Assembly (NCBI GenBank): GCA_965223505.1
Contig: CBDCWP010000021.1
Coordinates: forward strand, 96,001-160,000
Direction: 5' to 3'
Length of the DNA stretch: 64,000 nt
Source: Planctomycetota bacterium
GTDB lineage: Bacteria > Planctomycetota > PLA2 > JAEUHO01
The notes under the pieces were generated by a model. The model worked only from the letters and a program-made list of their open reading frames with translations. It ran no database searches and was not told the DNA's origin. The translations under genes and the position numbers were made by a program. Shown here piece by piece: positions 1-10,445 of this stretch (its first letter is position 1; each line of letters begins with the position of its first letter).

Positions 1-1857
1 TGCGCGGCGGCAGGCGTGCGAGCGGTGGTCGTCATCACGGCGGGGTTCGCGGAGACCGGTGACGAGGGTCGCGCGCGTCAAGAGGCGCTGCTTCAGCGGG
101 TGCGCGGACACGGCATGCGCATGGTCGGTCCGAACTGCATGGGGCTGATCAACGCCGATCCCGCCGTACGGCTGTGCGCCTCGTTCGCGCCCGTGTTCCC
201 GCCGTCCGGCAACGTCGCCATGTCGTCCCAGAGCGGTGCGCTCGGGTTGGCGCTGTTGGCGGCGGCCGAAGAGCTCGGCCTCGGACTGTCGAGCTTCGTG
301 AGCGTGGGCAACAAGGCCGACGTCTCCGGCAACGATCTCTTGCAGTACTGGGAAGACGACCCACAGACCGACGTGATCCTGCTCTACGTCGAGTCGTTCG
401 GAAACCCCCGCCGCTTCGCGCGCATCGCTCGGCGCATCGGACGCCACAAGCCCATCATCGCGGTGAAGAGCGGCCGCACCGGGGCGGGGCAGCGAGCCGC
501 GGGCTCACACACGGCCGCGCTGGCGGGGAGCGACACGCCTGTGCAGGCACTGTTCCGTCAGACGGGCGTCATCCGCGCGAACACGTTGGAAGAGATGTTC
601 GACCTCGCCCTGCTGTTGAGCAGCCAGCCGCTGCCCAACGGCCGCCGCGTCGGGATCCTGACCAACGCGGGCGGCCCCGGGATCCTCTGCGCGGATGCGT
701 GCGCATCCGAAGGCATGACGGTGCCGGAACTGTCCGAGGGCACGCGCTCGAAGTTGAGTGCGTTGCTGCCCGAGGAAGCGAGCGTCACGAACCCGGTCGA
801 CATGATCGCCTCGGCGGGACCGATCCAGTACGCCGAGGCCACGCGCATCCTGCTGGAGAGCGACGAGGTCGACGCGCTGATGATCATCTACGCGCCCATC
901 GAGGCCTCGGACGTCGAGCCGGTCGAGCGCGCCCTCGACGCGGTGCTCGAGTCGACCGGCCGAACCAAGCCCGTCGTCGAGTGCGTCATGGGCGAAGGCG
1001 GTCGCGGACCGTCGCGGAGTCTTCGCAAAGGCGTGCCGTCGTACGTGTTCCCCGAAGCCGCGGCGCGCGTGCTCACCAAGGTCGCCGACTATGCGGCGTG
1101 GCAGCGGGCGCCGGTCGGCGTGGTGCCGCCCCACGACGACTTCGACGCCAAGGCGGCGCGCGCGGTGTGCCGAAAGGCGCTCGAGCGGGACGGCGCGGGC
1201 TGGCTCACGTTCGATGACGCCCAGGCCGTCCTGCGTGCCGCGGGACTTCCCGTGGCCGACGGCGGGTCGGCGAAGAGCACGGATGAGGCCGTCGAGCTGG
1301 CGGAGCGACTCGGCTACCCGGTCGCCATGAAGCTCGCGTCGCGAACGATCGTGCACAAGACCGACGTCGGCGGCGTCGAGCTCGACGTGGCGAACGCCGA
1401 CGCGGTGCGTGCCGCCTTCACGCGCATCCGCGAGCGCGTTCACGAGGCCGGCGAGGCCGACGCCTTCGAAGGCGTCTCGCTGCAGGTCATGATCGACCGC
1501 GGCACGGAGGTCATGGTGGGCATGACCCAGGCCCCGGTGTTCGGTCCGGTGGTCGCGTTCGGCCTCGGCGGCGTGCACGTGGAGGTGCTCAAGGACGTCG
1601 TGTTCCGCGTGACGCCGCTCACGGACCGCGACGCGCACGAGATGGTGCGGGACATTCGGGGGCGGCGGCTGCTGGAAGGCTACCGCGGCCATCCGAAGGC
1701 CGACCTCGCGGCGCTCGAGGACGTGCTGTTGCGCATCGGCAAGCTGGCGGATCAGATCGAGGAGATCGACGACCTGGATCTGAACCCGATCTTCGCGCTC
1801 GAGCCGGGCGAAGGCTGCCGCATCGCGGATGCGCGAATTCACGTCCGACAGGCCTGA
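1..1857 (+). CDS. ADP-forming acyl-CoA synthetase / acetate-CoA ligase family (CoA-binding, ligase and ATP-grasp domains), 5'-truncated by the window edge
   Basis: Motifs GPNCMG, SQSGALG, SVGNKAD, AGSHTAALAG, NAGGPG, NPVD, HKTDVGGV, DLNP; frame is open from the window start. Confidence 0.9.
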   Translation, partial: CAAAGVRAVVVITAGFAETGDEGRARQEALLQRVRGHGMRMVGPNCMGLINADPAVRLCASFAPVFPPSGNVAMSSQSGALGLALLAAAEELGLGLSSFVSVGNKADVSGNDLLQYWEDDPQTDVILLYVESFGNPRRFARIARRIGRHKPIIAVKSGRTGAGQRAAGSHTAALAGSDTPVQALFRQTGVIRANTLEEMFDLALLLSSQPLPNGRRVGILTNAGGPGILCADACASEGMTVPELSEGTRSKLSALLPEEASVTNPVDMIASAGPIQYAEATRILLESDEVDALMIIYAPIEASDVEPVERALDAVLESTGRTKPVVECVMGEGGRGPSRSLRKGVPSYVFPEAAARVLTKVADYAAWQRAPVGVVPPHDDFDAKAARAVCRKALERDGAGWLTFDDAQAVLRAAGLPVADGGSAKSTDEAVELAERLGYPVAMKLASRTIVHKTDVGGVELDVANADAVRAAFTRIRERVHEAGEADAFEGVSLQVMIDRGTEVMVGMTQAPVFGPVVAFGLGGVHVEVLKDVVFRVTPLTDRDAHEMVRDIRGRRLLEGYRGHPKADLAALEDVLLRIGKLADQIEEIDDLDLNPIFALEPGEGCRIADARIHVRQA

Positions 1858-1888
1858 ACCAAGGCGGTAGGCTGACGTTCCCATCGAG

Positions 1889-3517
1889 ATGCGACGCCGC
1901 TTCATCCTCCCCGCCGCCCTGCTGATCGGCCTTGCCGCGGCGGTGGTGTTCTGGCAACCGCGCGCCGACGACGTCGCCGGCTCGAGCACGGACGCGGCGC
2001 AGGACGACGAGGTCGAGCGCGCGATGCTGGAGGCGGGACCACGCGCTGACGACGAACGCGAACCGCCCGGTCCGACCCCCGAGCCGTCGGGGGCACACTT
2101 GGAGGGCAGGGGCACGCAGCCGCGCTCGGGCCCCGTGACCGTGACGGTCGTAACGGACCGGGGTCTCCCGGTCGGCAACGTCCTGGTCACGATTCCGAGT
2201 CGACCGGATTGGACGCTGCGCGAGAAGACGGGCGTCGACGGCATGGCGCACTTCGACGAGGACCTGCCGTGGGACGGTACGCGGACCGCAACCGTTCACT
2301 TCCATACCGCGGAGAAGCACCCCATCGTCGGGCCGACGCTGCGGGTGGTGCGCGCCACGCTCGTACCGCTCGTCCTGCGCACGGTCGACGCGGAGACCGG
2401 CGAACCCGTGCCCGTGGAAGGCATGACTGCCAACTTCGACAAGCGACCGGGAACCCAGCGACCGGAGGACGGCGTGTACGAGTACATGGTGCGCGCGGGC
2501 CGCGAGGCGCTGTTCGGCGGGCGCATCGACTTCAAGCCGATGCGCGGCCGGGTCGCGTGGGATCTCGTTTCGTGGAGCGTGCCGAGGAGCGCATACGCCG
2601 AGCGCCTCGAGGTCGTCGCCCCCTTGCGTCGCGAGGTGCCGGTCAGCGTGATGGTGCTCGACCACACCGGCGCGCCGTGCGCCGACGCGCTGCTCACGAG
2701 CTTCCAGATCGCCGGCAAGACGGTCTTCAAGGTCGTCGCCGAGAGTGATGCGTACGGCAATCGCCATGTGGAGGGGGTCCCGTACTTCCGCGGAGAACGT
2801 CTGACCGTCTCGGCGGGCATCCCCGACACGACGGCCGCTGCGTCCGCTTCGGTCGTGCTGGGCCCGTACGCCGACCAGGCGGTAGCGCTCGAGATCCGAC
2901 TCCCGAAACCGAGTCCGACGATCGGCAACGGCGCGATCGGCCTCGGCGGCGGGTCGGGCTACTCGAGCCGCGGCCGCAACGGGCAGCGCAAGAAGATCGT
3001 GCCGAGCGGCACGGTGATCGCGCGCGTGTACCGCTACGACGGGACGCCGGCCGTCAACGCGTTGGTGGGCGCGGCCGGACGGACCGGGCGCACGAACGAG
3101 AGCGGTCGCGTCGTGCTGAAGGAGTGCTTGCCGGGATCGCACGGCATCTGGGTCAAGCAGAAGGGGCTCTTCCGCATCGACGGAAAGGTCGAGGTCCTTG
3201 CGGAGCGCACGGTCGAGGTCGAGCTTCGCGAGAAGAGGGGCAGGGCGCGCGACATCGAGGTCGTGGACGAGAACGGCGATCCGCTACCGTTCGCGCTTCT
3301 TCGGCTCCAGGGCGGAGCGTCGAGCGAACGCTGGATCGACGAGGTCGGCGGTGTGCAGCGTCTCGACGGCTTCACGGACCACGAGGGCCGGCGCACGTTC
3401 GCGCGCATCGATCCGCGCGTGACGAAGATCACCGCGCAGTGGGGCTCGCGCAAGACGACAGTGGACATCGGCGCGGACGAGACCGGCAGGCTTCGGATCG
3501 TCTTGTCGCGTCCGTGA
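1889..3517 (+). CDS. Membrane-anchored or secreted protein with carboxypeptidase-regulatory-like beta-sandwich repeats (paralogue family member 1)
   Basis: N-terminal hydrophobic helix; repeated V.V....G.P...A motifs; shares LPWDG and W.D..G..QR.D.F.D..G.RT with the genes at 36727 and 38362. Confidence 0.7.
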   Translation: MRRRFILPAALLIGLAAAVVFWQPRADDVAGSSTDAAQDDEVERAMLEAGPRADDEREPPGPTPEPSGAHLEGRGTQPRSGPVTVTVVTDRGLPVGNVLVTIPSRPDWTLREKTGVDGMAHFDEDLPWDGTRTATVHFHTAEKHPIVGPTLRVVRATLVPLVLRTVDAETGEPVPVEGMTANFDKRPGTQRPEDGVYEYMVRAGREALFGGRIDFKPMRGRVAWDLVSWSVPRSAYAERLEVVAPLRREVPVSVMVLDHTGAPCADALLTSFQIAGKTVFKVVAESDAYGNRHVEGVPYFRGERLTVSAGIPDTTAAASASVVLGPYADQAVALEIRLPKPSPTIGNGAIGLGGGSGYSSRGRNGQRKKIVPSGTVIARVYRYDGTPAVNALVGAAGRTGRTNESGRVVLKECLPGSHGIWVKQKGLFRIDGKVEVLAERTVEVELREKRGRARDIEVVDENGDPLPFALLRLQGGASSERWIDEVGGVQRLDGFTDHEGRRTFARIDPRVTKITAQWGSRKTTVDIGADETGRLRIVLSRP

Positions 3518-3671
3518 TCCGATCGTCGCGACTCCCATGGGTCGACCTGCTGTACCGCCCCCGTAGATCCATGGGTCCGGCCCCAGTTTGGCCCGATTCA
3601 CGGTTCGCTGTGGCCAACAGCGCCCCACCGGCGTTTGATGAAGGGGAGAACTCGTCACTTTTGGAGGTGCG

Positions 3672-5525
3672 ATGCGGCGATCCGGCACCCTGTGGACACG
3701 ACGCCTGGTTCTCGGAGCCCTGATTCTCGGGGCCTGCGGCCTGATCCCGGCCCTGCGGGCCGACGCGGGCGGCGACGACGGCGAGGTCTCGAACCTGCGC
3801 GGCGAGCGCAAGCTGGCTCTCATCGAGATCGGACGGCGGCTCTTCTTCGATCCCGTCGTCAGCCGCTCGGGCGACCGCTCGTGCGCCTCGTGCCACGATC
3901 CCGAGCACGGCTTCTCCGACCCCGCGCAACGGAGCGAGGACGACGCCGGCATCACCATCCGTCACGCTCAGACCCTGCTCGACAGCGCGCTCAACCCGTC
4001 CGCCCACTGGGACGGCGAGTTCATCTCCATCGAGCGCCTCGTCACCGCGCGAATCGGACTGCCCGGCGCCGGCGGTAGCGGCGGCGGCTACGGCGGACGC
4101 AACCTCGCGCCGCTTCGCGCCGGCCACTCCGCGATCCCGTTCGACCAGGACCTCGACGCCCCCATCGATCCCGGCGGCAAGCTGGCCGCCGAGCTCGGCA
4201 AGCTCCCGCGCGCGCAAGACGTGCTCGAGGACAACGGGCGCTACGCCGCGGCGGCGAAGGCCGTCTGGGGCGACATGAAGATCACGCGGCCGCGCATCGC
4301 GCAGGCCATCGGCGCGTACTGCCGCACGATCGAGAGCACCGAAGCGCCGTACGACGAGTACGTCGCCGGCAACACCCGCGCTCTCACGCCCGCCGCCATT
4401 CGCGGCAAGGAGCTCTTCGAAGGACGCGCCGGCTGCGCCCAGTGCCATCTCACGACGACCAAGTTCGAAAAGCGCCACGCGACGACGCGTCTCACGAAAC
4501 CCGTCATGCGCAAGGTGAAGCGCGCGACCTTCACCGACTTCGACTTCCACAACACGGGCATCGCCTGGGACGACGTGCACGCGTCGCGCATCCGCCGGCA
4601 GGTCGCCGAGGAGCTTGCGCCGAAGCAGCGCAAGGGCAAGCGGCTCGAAGAAGCGACGGCCGCGGCCAAGGACAAGCTCGGGGACCCGGGCAACCACCGC
4701 ATCAGCACCAACCCGAAGCTTCGCCGCGCCTTCAAGACGCCGACGCTGCGCGATCTCACACGCCGCGGGCCGTACATGCACAACGGCGCGTTCACGAACC
4801 TGCACGACGTCGTGCGACACTACGTGAAGGGTGGGAGCGACGATCCGCTGCAGGACGAGCGCATCGTCCCGCTCGCGCTGAGCGAAGGCGAGATCGACGA
4901 CCTGGTCACCTTCCTCGAGTCCCTCACCGGTCACGAGCGTCCCGGCCTGGCACAGCATCCGTGCAAGTGGCGTCCGGATACGACGAAGCTGCGGTTCCTC
5001 GACGGCACGGGCAAACCCATGGCGGGGCTGAGCGTGAAGCTCAACCCGGCCGGCGACCGGCTTCCGAACGAGAAGGCCGGCAAGACGGCCGTCGAGCTCG
5101 TCACGGACGACAAGGGGCGCATCGAGTTCGCCCCGCTCGCGTTCACGCACGTACAGATCCAGCTGCCGAACGAGATCGAGCCCGCCCGAGGACCGCTCGT
5201 CCCGGACCTGTGCAAGAAGGCCGACATCATCGTGCCCGTCAGCGGGCGCATCCAACTGATCGCGGTCTACCCCGAAGGGCAGGAGCCGCCGAAGCGCCTG
5301 GTCGCCGAACACAAGGGCACCTTCGTGCTGCCGGGGCACACGCCCCCGCGGACGCGACTGGTGCTCAAGCACGTCCTGGGCGCGGGCAAGAGCCGAATGG
5401 CCACGTACGAGGGGTGGAAGCGCACCGACGTCACGTCGGACGTCCGGATCCTGCTCCCCGGGGCCAAGAAGCCGGTCGACGTCGATCTCGCGGCGAAGGG
5501 CGGAGCCCGCATCGACGTCAGGTGA
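3672..5525 (+). CDS. Di-haem cytochrome c peroxidase / MauG-family protein with C-terminal extension
   Basis: Signal peptide; GRRLFFDP, CASCH, HWDG, CAQCH, FHNTG, FKTPTLR, GPYMHNG; GGAGG RBS. Confidence 0.88.
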   Translation: MRRSGTLWTRRLVLGALILGACGLIPALRADAGGDDGEVSNLRGERKLALIEIGRRLFFDPVVSRSGDRSCASCHDPEHGFSDPAQRSEDDAGITIRHAQTLLDSALNPSAHWDGEFISIERLVTARIGLPGAGGSGGGYGGRNLAPLRAGHSAIPFDQDLDAPIDPGGKLAAELGKLPRAQDVLEDNGRYAAAAKAVWGDMKITRPRIAQAIGAYCRTIESTEAPYDEYVAGNTRALTPAAIRGKELFEGRAGCAQCHLTTTKFEKRHATTRLTKPVMRKVKRATFTDFDFHNTGIAWDDVHASRIRRQVAEELAPKQRKGKRLEEATAAAKDKLGDPGNHRISTNPKLRRAFKTPTLRDLTRRGPYMHNGAFTNLHDVVRHYVKGGSDDPLQDERIVPLALSEGEIDDLVTFLESLTGHERPGLAQHPCKWRPDTTKLRFLDGTGKPMAGLSVKLNPAGDRLPNEKAGKTAVELVTDDKGRIEFAPLAFTHVQIQLPNEIEPARGPLVPDLCKKADIIVPVSGRIQLIAVYPEGQEPPKRLVAEHKGTFVLPGHTPPRTRLVLKHVLGAGKSRMATYEGWKRTDVTSDVRILLPGAKKPVDVDLAAKGGARIDVR

Positions 5526-5575
5526 CGGCCCCGACCGCGCTTTCGAGAAACCCCGGGCACCGTCTCCCCGTCTAG

Positions 5576-6346
5576 GTGGTGACACTCGAACGGGAACCCC
5601 GGGGGACAGGCGTGCGGCGCGCGACACGGCTCTTGACCTTCGTCATCGTGATCGCGGGCCTGAGCATGGCCTTCGCCTGCTTCCCCGTGAACGACTGGCT
5701 GAAGGCGTTCATCGACTGGACGGCCTCGATCGGCATCTGGGGTCCCGTCGTCATGGCCGCGGCGTACATTCCTGCGACCGTCCTGATGATCCCCGGCTCG
5801 ATCCCGACGCTGGGCGCCGGATTCGCCTTCGGCGTCGCCTGGGGCACGGTCGCCGTGTCCGTGGGCAGCGTGCTCGGCTCGTCGCTGGCGTTCATCATCG
5901 GCCGCACGGTGGCGCGCGACTGGGTGCGGGCCCGCATGCAGGGCAGCCCCAAGCTACAGGCGATCGATCGCGCGGTCGGTGAGAACGGTTTCAAGATCGC
6001 GTTGCTGATCCGGCTCTCGCCGGCGTTCCCCTACAACCTCATGGGCTACGTGTTCGGCATCACGAACATCCGCTTCCGCGACCACTTCTTCGCCAGCTGG
6101 ATCGGCATGTTCCCCGGCACGATCATGTACGTGTACATCGGCGCGACGGCGCGCAACCTCAGCGAGGTCGCCGCGGGCGGCATGGCGCAACGCAGCGATC
6201 TGCAGTATCTGCTCTTCGGCGTCGGCCTGTTGGCGACGATCGTCGTGACCGTTCTCGTCACGCGCATCGCGCGCCGAGCGATCCGCGAGTACATCCCCGA
6301 AGCGGAGGAGGGCGACTCGCAACCCGAGGCCGCTTCTGCAAGTTGA
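5576..6346 (+). CDS. TVP38/TMEM64 (DedA/VTT superfamily) membrane protein
   Basis: Several TM helices; PGSIPTLGAGFAFG, RLSPAFPYN, GMFPGT motifs. Confidence 0.9.
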   Translation: MVTLEREPRGTGVRRATRLLTFVIVIAGLSMAFACFPVNDWLKAFIDWTASIGIWGPVVMAAAYIPATVLMIPGSIPTLGAGFAFGVAWGTVAVSVGSVLGSSLAFIIGRTVARDWVRARMQGSPKLQAIDRAVGENGFKIALLIRLSPAFPYNLMGYVFGITNIRFRDHFFASWIGMFPGTIMYVYIGATARNLSEVAAGGMAQRSDLQYLLFGVGLLATIVVTVLVTRIARRAIREYIPEAEEGDSQPEAASAS

Positions 6347-6378
6347 TTGCGCTTCAGGCGCGGACGACAATCGGAGCC

Positions 6379-7050
6379 GTGTCGTCGCACTCGACCCGCT
6401 GGACGCTGATTCGCGATGCCGCGCACGGAGATCTCGCCGCGCGCGACGCGTTCGCACAGCGCTACGGACCCGTAGCGCGCGCGTATCTGACGGCCCGCTG
6501 GGGCCGGCACGTGCTCGGGTCCGAGATCGACGACGCGCTACAGGACGTCTTCGTCGACTGCTTCAAGGAGCAGGGGGCGCTCGAACGGGCCGATCCGGCG
6601 CGCGGGGGCTTTCGCGCGTTTCTGTACGGCGTGGTGCGCAATGTCGCGCTGCGTCTCGAGACGCGTCGACTGAAGTCGCTCGCGCGCGCCGAGGACGCGC
6701 ACCTCGAAGCCGTCGAAGCCGACGACGAGTCGCTCGCACTCGTCTTCGACCGCGCGTGGGCCCGGTCGATCGTGAAGCTGGCTGCGGCCCGGCACGCGCG
6801 GGTGGCGGCCCGCAAGGACGCCGACGCCGTGCGGCGCGTCGAGCTACTGCGCATGCGCTTCGAGGACGACCTGCCGATTCGGGAGATCGCGATCCGGTGG
6901 AAGGCCGACGCCACGCGGCTTCACCGCGAGTACGCGCGGGCGCGCGCCGAGTACCGCGACGCGCTGAAACACGTCGTCCGCGAGCACCACGGCGGCGAGC
7001 CCAAGGCCGTAGACGCCGAGTGCGCGCGGATTCTGGGCCTTCTCGCGTAG
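6379..7050 (+). CDS. ECF sigma-70 factor, kinase-associated type
   Basis: STRWTLI N-terminus, DDALQDVF region 2, FRAFLYGVVRN, C-terminal HTH; GTG start after GGAG (alternative TTG at 6343). Confidence 0.85.
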   Translation: MSSHSTRWTLIRDAAHGDLAARDAFAQRYGPVARAYLTARWGRHVLGSEIDDALQDVFVDCFKEQGALERADPARGGFRAFLYGVVRNVALRLETRRLKSLARAEDAHLEAVEADDESLALVFDRAWARSIVKLAAARHARVAARKDADAVRRVELLRMRFEDDLPIREIAIRWKADATRLHREYARARAEYRDALKHVVREHHGGEPKAVDAECARILGLLA

Positions 7051-7129
7051 ATCCCGGCGATTTCTCGGTTTCTGCCCGTGAAACGCGCCCTTCCGTCGGA
7101 TAGAGGATTGGACCCCCCGCGAGAGGCCC

Positions 7130-10100
7130 ATGGCGGACGACGACAGCACACCTCCCGAGGAAGAGCGCGACACCGTGCTCGACGCCGGACTGCGCGCCGC
7201 GTACCCCAAGCGGGCGCGGGAGCAGCCGAGCATCATCGAACGCATCGAGCGGGTCAGCGGCGCCTCGTCACGCGTCCTGCTGCGGGACATCCCGGACGAG
7301 CACTCGCCCGTGTTGAAGATGCACAAGAAAGGCGATCCCGAGGGGGCCGAGGACGACACCCGTTATCAGGTGCTCGGCGAGATCGGACGCGGGGGCGTCG
7401 GCCTGATCTTCAAGAGCCGCGACCGCGACCTCGGCCGCGACGTCGCGCTCAAGGTGCTGCGCTCGGAGCACTTGGAGAAGGACGGCGTCGTCGATCGTTT
7501 CATCGAGGAGGCCCAGGTCGCCGGCCAGCTCCAACACCCGGGCATCGTCCCGGTGTACGGCATGGGCCTGCAGCCGGACGGGCGCCCCTTCTTCGTCATG
7601 AAGCTCGTCAAGGGGAAGACGCTGTCGGCGTTGCTCTCGGAACGGCGCAACGCACAGACCGACCGGCAGAAGTACCTCGCGATCTTCGAGCAGATCTGTC
7701 AGACGATGGCCTACTCGCACGCGAAGGGCGTAATCCACCGCGATCTGAAGCCCGCGAACATCATGGTCGGCGCGTTCGGCGAGCTGCAGATCATGGACTG
7801 GGGCTTTGCGAAGGTCCTCGGCCGCGACGAGCCGGAACAAGTGGCGCTGGACGACGCGGAGAGCCTCATCGCCACGGTGCGCACGGAAGCCGAGGGTTCG
7901 CAGTCGATCGCCGGCTCCATCATGGGCACGCCAGCCTACATGCCGCCGGAACAGGCCATGGGGCGCGTGGCGGACGTCGACGAGCGCGCGGACGTATTCG
8001 CAATGGGCTCGATCCTGTGTCAGATCTTGACCGGCGAGCCCGCGTACGTCGGCGAGGGCAGTGACCGGCTGATTCAGGCGGTGCGCGCGGACATCGACGA
8101 CGCGATGCAGCGCCTCGACGCGTGCGACGTCGACGACGATCTTCGAAAGCTGGCCAAGGCGTGCTTGTCCCCGACCCGCGGTGACCGGCCGCGCAACGCG
8201 GGTATCGTGGCGGACGCGTTCAGCGCGTACCTCGCGGGGATCGACGAACGTGCCCGCGCCGCCGAGCTCGAGGTCGTGAACGCGCGTGCCGAGGCGGAAC
8301 AACAGCGTGAGGCGGCGGTTCGCCAGCGCGCCAAGGCGGAGCAGGAACGCGAACGCGAGGCGCAGGCGCAATCGCGGATCGCGTTCGAGCGCAAGCGCAG
8401 ACGACGCACGTTCGCGCTGACGGGACTGGTGCTGGCGGCGCTGCTCGTCGGCGGTGGCGCGTTCTTCTTCGTCGCGCAGGAGCGCGCGGAGCAGGAGCGC
8501 GAGACGGAGCAGCGCGTCTATCGTGCGCTCGACGAAGCCGGACGGCTGCGCAGCGCGGGCAAGTACAGCGAAGCGACCGCCGTCGTCGAAGCCGCCATGG
8601 AAGCCGAGTGGGAAGACGACGAGCTTCGGCGCGAGGCCGGCGCGGTGATCTCCGCCATCATGAAGGAGGCGGGCGAGGCCCGGGACCGGGAGCTGCGCGC
8701 GCAGGCGGACGCAGCCTTGCTCGCCGAGCTGTCGGAGATCAGCGAGTGGGTCATGACCCAGTCGATCTACGTGCCGATGGGGCTCGATACCGACAAGACG
8801 GAAGAGCGCTACGCGAGAGCCTTCCTCGACTACGGCATCGATGTCGCGGATCGCGACGGACAGGAGCCGACGACCGCACAGATGATGGCGGGCGCGCAGC
8901 ACGTCGTGCCCGGTTCGCCGTTCGCCGTCGAGCTCGCCGCGGCGCTCGACGACTGGATCTACCTGCGCCGCGTGGCGCTCAGGCAGGATCGGTTCCAGTG
9001 GAATCGTCTGCGCAACCTCGCCAACCACCTCGATCCCGATCGTCGCCGCGCAAGACTCCGGGCCGCGGCACACGGATCGGATCTCGTCAAGCTGCGCGCA
9101 CTGGCGGAAGAGGCCGTTCGCAGCGGGGGGGAGATGCCGGCACGAACGCGCGCCGCGATCGGCCGGGCGCTGACCGACGCGTGGGACCCCAAGGGCGCAC
9201 TCGACTTCCTGCGCGATGCGCAACGCAAGCATCCGGGCGACCTTTGGATCCACCACTACGTCGCACACGCATGCGTTTACTCGAACCCCCCGTTGTGGGA
9301 AGAGGCAATCCGCGCGCGCATGGCGATCGTCGCCCTGCGACCGGAGTCGGCGCACGCCTGGTCGCAGCTCGCATACGTATACGTCGCGTCGGAGCAACAT
9401 GCCGACGCGATCGACGCCTACGCGCGTTCGCTGACGCTCGACTCGACGTCGTTCGTCCCGCACATGCAGTTCGGCATGGCGCAGGTCGCCGTCGGTGACG
9501 AAGCCCGTGCCCGCGCCGCGTACGAGGCCATCGAGCTGGACGAGCCCAACCTGCCCATGTTCCTGATGGGCGTCGGCATCGGTCTCGCCTCGAAGACGAA
9601 GCTGATCGACGCCAACCGCGTTTTGAAGGAAGCCGAGGGCCTCGATCCGTCGAACCCGCTGCTGCCGGGTGCGCGCGCGCAGCTCGCACTGGCTTCCAAC
9701 GATCCGGAAGGGGCGGTCGCGGCCGCAAAACGCTCCGTCGAGCTCGACGGCGGAACCGGCCCGAGCTACATGACCCTCGGGAGAATCCAGTCGCAGCTCG
9801 GCAACATCGACGCGGCGATCGAGGCCTACCGCGGCGCGGTCAAGGCCCAGCCCGGCTTCATGACCTACGGCTTCTTCATCGACATGCTCGAGCACACGGG
9901 CCGCACCGACACGTGGGTCGAGGTGCTGCGGGAAGCGGCGGCGGCGCACCCGAACAAGTACTGGTTCCAGTCCGCGCTTGCGCGTGGGCTCATCTCGCAG
10001 GGGAAGATCGAGGAAGGCTTGACGTACCTCGACCGCGCGACCGAGCTGCGGCCCGACGAGAAGGTCATCCGTGTCGAGGTCGTGCTGAAGCTGATGGCGC

Positions 10101-10444
10101 GCCTCGAGGACCCGAGTCCGGCGATCCTGAAGGCGGCCCGCGAGCTGGCGACGTACGCCACGCAGCTCGATGAGCCGCACGACGCGGCGTGGGACGCGAT
10201 GGCAGCGGTACACATTCGCGCCGGCGAGCTCGACGCAGCAGAAGCCGCGCTGTCGAAGACCCCCGCGACCGAGACGAGCCGCCATGCTTCCCTGCGCGCG
10301 CTGTTGGCGCTGGAGCGCGGCGACAAGGCGGGCGCCCGGGCGCTGCTTCCGAAGATCTACGGGTTCATGCGCGCCACACGCTGGGACCCATTCTGGTTGG
10401 ACATCACGGGCGAGCTGCGAGCGCGCCTGCAAGAGGGCGACTGA
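7130..10444 (+). CDS. Ser/Thr protein kinase with TM helix and C-terminal TPR repeats
   Basis: [30 protein letters not shown], then coiled coil, TM and TPR-like helices. Confidence 0.92.
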   Translation: MADDDSTPPEEERDTVLDAGLRAAYPKRAREQPSIIERIERVSGASSRVLLRDIPDEHSPVLKMHKKGDPEGAEDDTRYQVLGEIGRGGVGLIFKSRDRDLGRDVALKVLRSEHLEKDGVVDRFIEEAQVAGQLQHPGIVPVYGMGLQPDGRPFFVMKLVKGKTLSALLSERRNAQTDRQKYLAIFEQICQTMAYSHAKGVIHRDLKPANIMVGAFGELQIMDWGFAKVLGRDEPEQVALDDAESLIATVRTEAEGSQSIAGSIMGTPAYMPPEQAMGRVADVDERADVFAMGSILCQILTGEPAYVGEGSDRLIQAVRADIDDAMQRLDACDVDDDLRKLAKACLSPTRGDRPRNAGIVADAFSAYLAGIDERARAAELEVVNARAEAEQQREAAVRQRAKAEQEREREAQAQSRIAFERKRRRRTFALTGLVLAALLVGGGAFFFVAQERAEQERETEQRVYRALDEAGRLRSAGKYSEATAVVEAAMEAEWEDDELRREAGAVISAIMKEAGEARDRELRAQADAALLAELSEISEWVMTQSIYVPMGLDTDKTEERYARAFLDYGIDVADRDGQEPTTAQMMAGAQHVVPGSPFAVELAAALDDWIYLRRVALRQDRFQWNRLRNLANHLDPDRRRARLRAAAHGSDLVKLRALAEEAVRSGGEMPARTRAAIGRALTDAWDPKGALDFLRDAQRKHPGDLWIHHYVAHACVYSNPPLWEEAIRARMAIVALRPESAHAWSQLAYVYVASEQHADAIDAYARSLTLDSTSFVPHMQFGMAQVAVGDEARARAAYEAIELDEPNLPMFLMGVGIGLASKTKLIDANRVLKEAEGLDPSNPLLPGARAQLALASNDPEGAVAAAKRSVELDGGTGPSYMTLGRIQSQLGNIDAAIEAYRGAVKAQPGFMTYGFFIDMLEHTGRTDTWVEVLREAAAAHPNKYWFQSALARGLISQGKIEEGLTYLDRATELRPDEKVIRVEVVLKLMARLEDPSPAILKAARELATYATQLDEPHDAAWDAMAAVHIRAGELDAAEAALSKTPATETSRHASLRALLALERGDKAGARALLPKIYGFMRATRWDPFWLDITGELRARLQEGD

Positions 10445-10445
10445 G

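Noticed and set aside
10170..10445. N-terminal extension of the second kinase in the ORF track
   Set aside because: Overlaps the upstream kinase gene; the TTG at 10446 matches the paralogue's N-terminal layout. Over-extended starts were similarly trimmed for ettA, frdA, frdC, frdD, the anti-sigma, the CHRD protein and the last kinase.
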